NCBI GenBank assembly: GCA_048013815.1 | Contig: CM106586.1 | Location: 19,158,001-19,222,000 of the forward strand | Reading direction: 5' to 3' | DNA from: Setoptus koraiensis | Taxonomy: Eukaryota; Animalia; Arthropoda | DNA: 64,000 bases | Part shown: one piece after another, positions 22,310 through 32,200 of the stretch | Layout of the letters: the number at the start of each line of letters is the position of its first letter | How positions within the stretch are numbered: position 1 is the stretch's first letter | Position numbers and translations under genes: made by a program | Notes under the pieces: model-generated | What the model was told of the DNA's origin: nothing | The model's input: the letters and a program-made list of their open reading frames with translations, nothing else | Databases searched by the model: none

Positions 22310-24955
22310 TTACGAATCATCAATGCATATATCTGAAGATTGGTCCGAGTCCAATAATGATGGTGAAACTGACCCACTCGATAATTTAACACTTGTTATA
22401 GATTCAACATCGGTGTCATCATCTCCACTTAGAACAATAACTTCGTCATGTTGTTTCTTCTCGTGGCGCGCCTGTCTTGGATTCTCTCTTCTGGCCCTCT
22501 CTCGACCTTTCTCTTCCTCACTGTCTTGGCTATTCTCTTCTTGGCTGACCTCTTCTTGACTGACCTCTTCTTGACTGACCTCTTCTTGACTAACCTCTTC
22601 TTGACTTGTCTCTTCTTGACTAGCCTCTTCTTGACTCGTCTCTTCTTGACTGGCGCTCTCTTTCTTGGCCTTCTCTTTCTTGGTGTTCTTTTCTTTGTTG
22701 TCTGTTACTTTTGAAGTATCGGGAGTCTGCTTTTGATAGAAGACAAAACTTATATTACTGTTAGGCCAAGCCTTTCGTAATTTCTCGTCAGGTATGGACT
22801 CACGGTCGTAGCAATGACACCAATCGGCTAAATCTGAGCCACAATCTGCACTAGTTGGAGGTGGTTCAACTTGACGATCATTTTTACATCTTTTACAATT
22901 TAATTTCTTGTGAGTATCACTCTTGATAGTGTCATCTTCTAACCTAAACAGCTCTTTAAGCTCTGCTACTGAGAAATGTCTTGTAACGTCCTCTTCACTA
23001 TCAACCACACAACTGCTCAGAGCTTTTTTATGCGTTTGACGCTGAAATATTTTTTCTTCGATGGTTCCAGTTGATAAAAATCTATAGAGGAAACACTCTT
23101 TGCGTTGACCATCACGCCAAACCCTGGCCATAGCTTGACCATCATTAGCTGGATTCCAATCCGGATCGAACATAATAAGCCGATTCGCCCCAATTAAATT
23201 GAGACCACATCCTCCAGCTTTACTACTTAACATAAATATAAACTCATTCGTGGTTGGATCGTTGAATGATGATACAATAGAGTCACGTTTTTTTGTTGTT
23301 AAGGACCCATCCAATCTGAGGGTCTTATAATTGCGCATATCACAAAGTCTTTGGAAGAGATCCATAGTTTGGGTGTAATTTGAAATTAGAACTACTCTGT
23401 CGTCAGTTTCTGTTTTGATGTAAGCCAATATTGTGTCAAGTAGCTTCATCTTGCTAGATAATAGGGGATCGAAATTCCTCAATGATCTAGAAAAGTTGTC
23501 TGGGAATAACTGATCCAGACCTTCGAAGATGCTATTTTTATTCTCCTTGGATGTTTGACACATTTCAAACACTAGCTGGGGGTGATTACATAATTTCTTC
23601 AAGAATGTGATGGCTTGAAGAGTCGCTTGACCTCCCGCTTTCTTTCCGGAAGAGTTTTGGTCGAGAGTTTTGAGTATGTTCTTTGATTTGATGAAGTATT
23701 CGTAGAGAGTCTTTTGAATTGGCTCCAGGGAACAACAAACAATGAGCTCGTATTTCAATGGTAAATATTTGGCTAACAATAAAGATGTTCTTCGAATCAT
23801 GATCTTATTTACTGTTTCCAACATCTCTTTGAGTCTCTGATTTAATATTTCAAGTTGTTTTTCTGAAGCATCAGCATCTCTACCCTTGGTTATTGGGTTT
23901 TCGTAGTACTTCTTGAATTCACTTGAGCTACCTAGTAGTTTAGGGTTGACAAAATCTACAAGACTGTAATATTCCAGAAGATCGTTTTGAATGGGTGTAC
24001 CAGAAATGATGATCCTTCGCTTGCAATTTACCCCCTTTAATTCCACATACGTCTGACTTTCTAGATTCTTAAGTCTGTGCCCTTCATCACATATCATGAG
24101 ACCAATTTCAATTTCGCCCAATGCCGCTCGGTGCCCTCTGAAGGTCTCATATGACACAATCAGAACAGGGTTTAAAACTCGACCTAATATATTCAGTTTT
24201 TGGCTGGCAAATTGTTCTATTTTCGCGTCCACCTCTGCGGAACCTTGACCACTGTCTATTGTAATTGTTTTTAGTCTGTTACCCAGCCACTTGAGTATTT
24301 CATTAGCCCAGTTTTTGACTAAGCTGGAAGGGCATACAATTATGACATTGTGAATCTCTGGGCACATGTCAGGGCTTTGTCTCAATAGAGTCCACATAAG
24401 CGAGATACACTGTAGGGTCTTACCCAGACCCATATCGTCGGCCATGATACTACCATAGTAATCGGGTATCTGTCTGCCTGTAACACAACGATACATAAAC
24501 TCAACACCTTCACGCTGATGAGGTCTGAGCACTCGGCATAGAATTGGATCCACTACCACGTGTACTAGGACCTCATTTTTGTTTTTGATCCTGAATTCCT
24601 TTGTGTACGTCGGTGGTGTATATAAGACTAATGCTTGGGCATCGGTGGGATCATGTAGTGGTGCTCGTTCACGAGACTTTTTCCGCATACCCAAGAATAC
24701 ATCACTATGACCCTCATAACCGACCATAGGTATCCTGAATTGCCTGGCCAGCTTACCTTTGATGAATGCCTCATGGATGGCTTTTGATTGCTGCATAGAT
24801 TCCCAGATGGCTGAAATGTTGGCACTACAACGTGCCTTCTCCGCGTCGTCCTCGTCATCTTCGTTTTTGTATTTCTTCCTCGGTTGGCCGGTTCGAGTAT
24901 TAATTGATAATAATTTTTCCCTATTTATCACACTTGGTGCATGGCGGCGCAGCAT
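22310..24955 (-). CDS. RAD54L: DNA repair and recombination protein RAD54 (SNF2 family), intronless, 881 aa
   Basis: N-terminus MLRRHAPS, RVLRPHQREGV, IMADDMGLGKTLQ (Walker A), CDEGHRLKN (Walker B), SGTPIQNDL, SSKAGGCGLNLIGANR, QAMARVWRDGQ and a Zn-finger-like C-terminus. Confidence 0.96.
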   Translation of the reverse strand: MLRRHAPSVINREKLLSINTRTGQPRKKYKNEDDEDDAEKARCSANISAIWESMQQSKAIHEAFIKGKLARQFRIPMVGYEGHSDVFLGMRKKSRERAPLHDPTDAQALVLYTPPTYTKEFRIKNKNEVLVHVVVDPILCRVLRPHQREGVEFMYRCVTGRQIPDYYGSIMADDMGLGKTLQCISLMWTLLRQSPDMCPEIHNVIIVCPSSLVKNWANEILKWLGNRLKTITIDSGQGSAEVDAKIEQFASQKLNILGRVLNPVLIVSYETFRGHRAALGEIEIGLMICDEGHRLKNLESQTYVELKGVNCKRRIIISGTPIQNDLLEYYSLVDFVNPKLLGSSSEFKKYYENPITKGRDADASEKQLEILNQRLKEMLETVNKIMIRRTSLLLAKYLPLKYELIVCCSLEPIQKTLYEYFIKSKNILKTLDQNSSGKKAGGQATLQAITFLKKLCNHPQLVFEMCQTSKENKNSIFEGLDQLFPDNFSRSLRNFDPLLSSKMKLLDTILAYIKTETDDRVVLISNYTQTMDLFQRLCDMRNYKTLRLDGSLTTKKRDSIVSSFNDPTTNEFIFMLSSKAGGCGLNLIGANRLIMFDPDWNPANDGQAMARVWRDGQRKECFLYRFLSTGTIEEKIFQRQTHKKALSSCVVDSEEDVTRHFSVAELKELFRLEDDTIKSDTHKKLNCKRCKNDRQVEPPPTSADCGSDLADWCHCYDRESIPDEKLRKAWPNSNISFVFYQKQTPDTSKVTDNKEKNTKKEKAKKESASQEETSQEEASQEETSQEEVSQEEVSQEEVSQEEVSQEENSQDSEEEKGRERARRENPRQARHEKKQHDEVIVLSGDDDTDVESITSVKLSSGSVSPSLLDSDQSSDICIDDS
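22523..22651 (-). repeat. 15-bp coding tandem repeat in RAD54 (SQEE[T/A/V/N] x8 plus SQD)
   Basis: Plus-strand TCTTCTTGACTGACC-like units seen directly. Confidence 0.95.
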
Positions 24956-27900
24956 TGTTGTGGAATTGATCTAAATGAAAACAACAAATTAGAATGACGA
25001 ATTGATAATAATATTTCTCGTGAGGTGCAACGGAGCGTCAACGTTAACAAGCGTCCTCTAATCAGATGCTGAGCTATTTTCCATGTATTTCATCGGAATG
25101 AATATCCATGAGCGCCTGCACTTCGGAGCGCAACCCGTGGCCCATTCCGTCCACACGTGAATCTCGTACGCACAAAAGTTGGCCCAATTGACCAAAATTT
25201 TGACATGTTTGCACAGAATGGCGGGAACATTACTTTGTGTAATGACGCCATCTACAAATTTCAAGCTGCAATTGCTGAACTAAAAATCGGTAAGGGGGAG
25301 GCGTCACAAGTCGCGCCACTCAACAAGTGTGTTGCTTGCCCCCTTCAGGGCTGGCATGTGCACAGTTTTTGATTTTTTTTGCACGGCGTTTTCCGTTCAG
25401 TTCGTTGAAAATTCGCCAGAGAGAGGGCGCTCTCTTCGCCAAATGAAATTGAGAAAACAAAAACTTTTTTGTCGATCGGGGCTTCTCGAGCCCCGCCGAA
25501 TGTGAAAATGTTACTTATTCGCAGTGACAAGAACAACCGAGCCTCTCAATGCTTTGTCGAAAGAAGCCGGGAGATGTCGGCAAGAAGTGATTGATTTTAA
25601 GGCCGAATTGCATTCAACCGGTGGCGACTGAGGGTGCCCAGTTGCGCGCAAGATATTTTTTTTTTTCGTCTCTCTGTGTCAATCTAAACTGCTCCATCGG
25701 AAGCAATCGATTCACGATTGTGATGATGTATGTAAAGTCCGAAACTCGACTTTCACTCGAGTCGCTGTGCAGCACCCAGGCGAACAAACCTCAGCTCAGG
25801 TGACTCGAATCAGAGAAGCGCAACATTTGACGGAAAAGATGATATATCGGTGTAAATCGGTGTTGTGGGCACAACAAACCCCGTACTTGTCTGGACGAGG
25901 AGAAGTGTCACCCATTGGGTGCGCCCATATTGTTGGGACGAGACTGAGGCTCACACAAGTGGACGGTGCGAAAAAATGTCCGAGTAAACAAGATTGCGGT
26001 CGATGGTGCACGCGATCATTGTCTGTAAGTTGACACGGTAAGTTGGTTGGGTATTCGACCAATATTCACGACATCAAAACATTCATCGACATTATGAATA
26101 GCCATTCAAAGCGGTATTCACTAATGTTAATATTCACCGATGATGATGAATATTCACCACGGATTCATATGCTAGCCGGTTCGCATCCTACTGCCGATGA
26201 ACACTTTGGGGATAACGGTCAGGTAATTAATCATTTCCAATAGTGACAGCAGTAAAGCATAAGCGCAAAGTTCACAAAAAGCCAACTCCTCAGCGACATT
26301 GAGTAATGGATGATTGCGGGCGCACCCTCGTCTTGGCCACTACTATTGGACTGCTATATGCTGCTCCATTGGCTTTTTGGGTTTGTCTAGTTGTGTTGTA
26401 AAACATTAGTTAGTGCACTTACCTGAGATGAATCTCAGCACAACTACTCGACAATGTTTACCTCCACCTTGAGCCCTACCCACAGGCTAGTCTTGAATTG
26501 CAGGAGGGTAGTATCTTGGTTTGCAAAATTTTCATTGGTGTCGGTCAGCGTGTTTCTATTTCCAGCGTCAATGATGATGATGATGATCGAAAACGAATGA
26601 ATCAAGCAAATGAAGCCATCATTAAGCCAGCATGCCAGCGGACTATATATATACATATAATGTGAGACTGGCAAGATGTTAGGTCAGATTATGTGAGATT
26701 GGCAATTGGCGTTGAAATGAGCACACATGGCACCATCTAGATCTTAATTAGCGCATGTATATAGATCACCAGCTAGAGTCACTGGCTATAGTGTCAGACG
26801 GCAGCATAAAGTTGGCGCCGCAAAGCTCCAAGTGAAGTAATGATGATAATAGATTATTATTATTACTATTATTGTAAATAATTGTGATAATGATGATCTA
26901 AGTGATAATGATTATATGATAGACGACAATGGAGTGAGCAGTTCATTGTGTGCATCCTATTGGCTGCCAACTATGCCAGTAACCAGTAGGCTGTGTGCCT
27001 AACCGACATTCATTGTGTAACCTAACCGACAGCAACAGGTCAACAACCTGTTTATATGTTGCTGTTGATATGTTTAGACGTTGTTTGTGTGATATTATGC
27101 GGACAAATTAAAGTCTGATAAAGTCCAGTACGTGCTTGGCTCAATATTGGCCAGTAGCCAGTGGTGATGGCGCTGATGTTTCATTAGAGCCATCGACATC
27201 ACCATCATTGTATTAGTCAGTATGATGACGGTAAGCGGTATTTATACGCAACAGTATTGACGATGTAGTAGCGGCACTACAATTGTCTTATGATAAATAT
27301 ATATGAAATGTTGTGCAACAATTTATTTCTTTTGTGCGCTTTCTGTTGTGTATTGTTGTTGCTGTTAGATAATAGAAAACTTTCAACTTTTAGTTATCTG
27401 TTATTATATAACACAATGGTCGCCAGTGGGCAACAATAGCTTTGCAGCATCCTATTGATCACGCTCGCTCCTCCAAGACGCTCGCCACTGTTGCCACTTT
27501 ATTCATCTCTCGCTTGTTGTTGTTGCTGTTGTTGCGATAAACAATGAGATAACGGTATAGCTAGCGGTAGCCCGACAATTAACAGCAGCACTCTTCGCAC
27601 GAAGACAAAATTGGCTTCTATTTGAGTGATGGCATCTTTTATTAGCAAACCAGCCATTGTAACAGCATTGTGTAATGTAGCAGCTGACAATAATTTGGCG
27701 CGTTATCGATGAACTTGTTGTTTTGCCCACTGCACAATGTTGCTGCCGGTGTCGTGGTCATTATGTAGTTATGCAACAACATTATATTTGCGGTCATCAT
27801 CACACCAGTGACGATCTAATCCATACAATAGGCTCAGTCGTGACAGCGCCAGCGGGCACCCTCTACCAATAAATACCATGCGCGGTGTTTATGTTACCAG

Positions 27901-29124
27901 GAATTTATTAGCAAGAACAAGACAAACAAGAATGGCCACTTCCGAGGAGGTGCTACCGCACTAATTAACCTGCCACGGACGTTGTGTCGTGGTGTCATTA
28001 GTGAGCGCCAGCAGACAAAGTTATGCAAGTTATATAGGCCTACACTTTGTCAGCTAATTAATGACCATAAGCGTAATATATTTAAGTTTCAACCACCGGT
28101 CAGAGCCTGAGTGTATGTGGCGCTACCATCTGGTTGCTGCTTTCTAGTCAGCCACCGACAGGAGCACATTGAGGCGACCATTCGAGTGGCTGCCACTTGT
28201 TGTGGAGCTAACACTGGCAGCGCTTTTTAATTATGGGTTACGCCAGCGAGACGACGGCGACGACGAGACGACGGCGACGACGAATTAGAGGGCCTAATGA
28301 TGCCGTTGAGCTAACGCCCAACTCGGCGCTGCAACTACCAACTATTGGCCATTTGCATTTTGTTATCTAATATCCTGATGACGTCAGGCCTGTGGTTGGC
28401 GTTTGACACCAACTGCAGCCAGCCACTCGGTCACACAGGCAACCACATATAGTGAGAGAGTTGACACTTTTAGAATATGCCCATTTCACTTGAGCGACTG
28501 ACCCTATCCGGCAGATGGCGCCCCCAAACTGCTCGTGTCACATTTACGTGTGCATTTGCGGCTGACAAGCTCTTTTGAGCCACCAGCTCACAAATTTGAC
28601 TTGTAAATTGCAACTGTCAGTTATTGTCACTTGTCAGTGTGTACACCAAGCCAATATGCTAAATAGCTCATTCTGTATTCATTCATAAACGTGACGGCCA
28701 CTCCTAGTTGCGCAACGGAGCAGTGATTTTGTTGGTCGCATTTGCATTTCGCGGCAGCCGAGCGTTTGCATTTGGCCACAGGTAGTGACAAAGTGCGTGA
28801 GCTTCGCAAGTTGAACGACGTCGCTCTTGGGATGTCGCCGCTGTTAAGTTGGCTGCCAACAACAACAACAACAACAAACAAACAAACAAACACAGGAAAC
28901 GGCAGCCAACGAGGCCTGCGATAAACAGGTAGCCGTGACGTAACTATTTATGTGTGCACAACCTGTTGCTGGCTGCTGGCGTTTGTGTGGTTGCTGTTTG
29001 AGTGGTTGCTGTTTGCGTCGTTGTGGTTGTTGTGGCTGCCGGCGAGCTCGCCGCATCACTCGGTCCCGTCAGGCTGGCTTGCGTGCGACGCAAACTGGCT
29101 GACATTTGTCGCGGCTCGCCGCAT

Positions 29125-29232
29125 GTATCCACATATATCCACAGATATCCACATAAATCCACATGTATTCACAGGTATCCACAGACAGCCACAGATAGCC
29201 ACAGATGGCTACGGATATCCACACGTATGCAC
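29125..29232. repeat. 10-bp tandem repeat RTATCCACAK, ~11 degenerate copies
   Basis: Seen directly. Confidence 0.9.
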
Positions 29233-32200
29233 GCTTATATTGTCGCACTGGCACATTTGCCCGTCCACAAATGAATCGTTTGAAATGATGCGCTCCGCGG
29301 TGCATGAAAACATTGCGCTGCTGCACCATTGCTCCAATAACAACAAAAATGGCATATTTCCCATCACGGTCGCACTATCATCATCGTCATCATGATTGCA
29401 TCATGGTGCATTGCACCATTTGCATACCTCTCGCTGGCATCTGTTTGTCGGTGCACAAGTGCCGGCGCTGCTGCTGATGGTGCCGCTGCCGCGGCTTGTG
29501 AGTAGACCGTCCAGGTAGACACACGGTGCAGCTTCTACGGTGCAGCTTCGACGGTGCACACGCATCGCCAAAAGAGGTCTACGCCCAATTGCAGCGGCGC
29601 TACAATGTTTATGCTCTGGCCGGCAAACGATGGCCTTAGATGACCCGAGCCGGCAGCTGCAGCTCGTTAGCCATGCGTACGAGCTCGCGACTGCCTCCAA
29701 CAGGTAGTTGCGACAGGTAGTCGCTGCCCCGGCACGCCCAATATCCGGTTCGGCGTAGATGGGCACAATGATTAATTAGCCACCATAACTCTCGGCTGGC
29801 TCGCTAGGTGTTGGCGCAAAATCGGCTTGCGTTGGCCGTTAATGGTTGTATGTTGTTGTGTGTGTATTTTTGTCGATTAGGGCGCCTCTGTTGTCGAGTG
29901 TCGGCAGTCGAGTGGCCGTTGTTTGTGCTCGCCAAGACGCTCTCTGGTCGTTGCAAATTGTCTTGTGAGACTGGACAGGGGAACGGTCGGCGCCAATCGC
30001 TTATTGAAATCATCGCTAGCCGCTTGCGCGAGTGACAAAAGATTGGTCAGTCGTTGTTGTCGACAGACCGATGGCCATCAATTCGAATCCATTCATTCGG
30101 CGTCGGTCATCGTCCAGTTGCACTAATTAGTGCAAGTGGGTTTTTGTTCAGTTTTGCAACTGCTTCACTTGCGCGCCGCTGGCCCGACCGGCGCTGGTAC
30201 GCCAACCGGCCCGATTGGCCCGATCGGCCCGACTGATTGGGCCAATTGGCTCGATTGGCGAATGATTATTGAAATTAATAATCATTTGAATCACTATCGC
30301 CAGTCGGACTTGTCCGATTTGTCCGCGCGGCTCGCCGGTGCAGCAAATCGCCGCTCGCCTATTACACACACAGTGCACGGTGCAGATCAGGTGATGTCTG
30401 GTGATGCAACGCCAGATATCATTAGATGCCAATAGTCTAATGATCTGACGATGCATCTGTTATGCAATCGCGGGCACGAACCACTGTCGGCCGTTACAAT
30501 TGGCACCAATCCGATAATCAATCCATCATCGGCGAGCGCCAATCGGCCAATCGCCCGTGTGACAGCCGGACCGGCGAGCGCGCCAACTTGCTGAGCACAT
30601 TATATCCAGTTGTTATGTAATAAGTTGCACAACAACTAGATCAGTCATGTATTTGTCGATAAGCATGCTACAATTTTCAAAGGCACCAGACGCTTGCGAT
30701 TCACAGTTAATGCGGGGATGCTGCGCTCGGTCACTCTCCATCTCGGCTAATTGTTTTCCATCGCGCTTGCTGAGATTGCCGGCGAGATTCTCGTCGGTCG
30801 CACTCGCTTAGCTCATGGCGCATGCCGGCCGCCGGCCCGTCATTTGGCCAGCCGGCCGGTTATTCGGGCACCATCAGGTCTCATGAGCCAACGATGATTG
30901 ATTGAGCTGGCTGGCGTCTGGCTGGCGGCCGGGCCGGGCCGGCTCACTGCCAGCCAAGCTCCGGGCCGGCTCAGTGGCTGTCAGTGGTCGAGTGGCACCC
31001 GAATCAGGTGGCGATCAATCATCAATGGCTGTTAGTAATAAATAATATTATTATCACCGCTGGCCGCTCAATCCGCACCGTGCTCGCAGTGACCGGTTGT
31101 TGAGTTAGCTGGCCAGTGTGCAGATTTGCCGGCCAGTCTGCAGACTCGCTGACCGCTCTGCAGATTCGTTGACCACTCTGCAGATTTGTCGGCCAATCGC
31201 GGAGCGGCCAACAAATTGGGCCCAATTGCACGGTGCCCATCGAGTGACCAGCGACGGCACCAGCGACAACGCTTGCCTAATGAGGGGGCTCGCGCGATGA
31301 GCGGGTTTGCGCGATAGGTGAGCTTGCGTAATAAGCTTGCACAGGCTTGTGCTCGGGAGCGACAGGTGTAGGGCTTGCGCGAGCCCTAAGCGTGTCGTCC
31401 GTGGCCGCAATTTCGCCGGCGAGCAGCACTATGCACCGTATAGTCTGCACGGCAAGCAAACGGCACCATGATGCAAGCATGCGGCACCATGATGCAAGCG
31501 TATGGCACCACGATAAAAACTCACGGCACCGTGAGGCAAATACAGGGCGGAAGGTCGGGGTATCTGCGATTAAGGTAATCGCATCATCGGGCAGGATGAG
31601 CTCGCTGGAATGCCGCTGCGGCCTGTCGGCCCGTCAGCTGGCCGACCGGCCAACCAGTGAGTGGTGTCAATTTTGACGCGCATTAGTGCAAAGTCGTTGC
31701 GGCCAAACGAAAGAGGATTTGGCCGAGCAACAAAGTTAATAGTTTTCTCTCGCTGTTCGCTTATGCTTAGCTGGCTTGCTATAGGTATACCCGTTGGCCG
31801 GCCCGGCAGCAGCTGGTCTGCAGCGTGTGCCGGCCGGGCAACGGGTGAGCCGGCCGGCCGGCTGGCCGGGGATCATGGTGTGTGTCAATCACACATTTAC
31901 AAATGACTCGGCCACGATCACATCTCACAAGTTACCATGTTGCCAGTTACCTGTTGCCTGTTGCGCAATATTGTCTCTGCCACATTTGGCAACCGGTGCC
32001 GCATTTAGCCGCCATGTCGGTCCCAGCAACGACGCTCCTTGCTACGTATTTGCCATCAAACATTACATAATATTACATAACATTATATAATATTACATTA
32101 TGTGCACTATTGCTGGATGCGTTGGCGCAATGCGGCGTGCGCTGCCAGCCAACAACAAACACACTCAATCATTTATCATGTTCGCGCTGCCATGTCCACC

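Noticed and set aside
25420-25495. Two GC-rich hairpins (25420-25435, 25477-25495) as an H/ACA snoRNA or snRNA
   Set aside because: Stems are only 6-7 bp, with no pseudouridylation pockets or properly placed boxes; an Infernal/Rfam search would be needed.
26415-26560. U1 snRNA (ACTTACCTG at 26417)
   Set aside because: Only the 9-nt 5' motif matches; no loop I, loop II or Sm-site sequence follows. It is simply the complement of a 5' splice site.
29125-29232. DnaA-box-like TATCCACA array (bacterial origin or contamination)
   Set aside because: Context is clearly eukaryotic and the units do not match TTATCCACA exactly.
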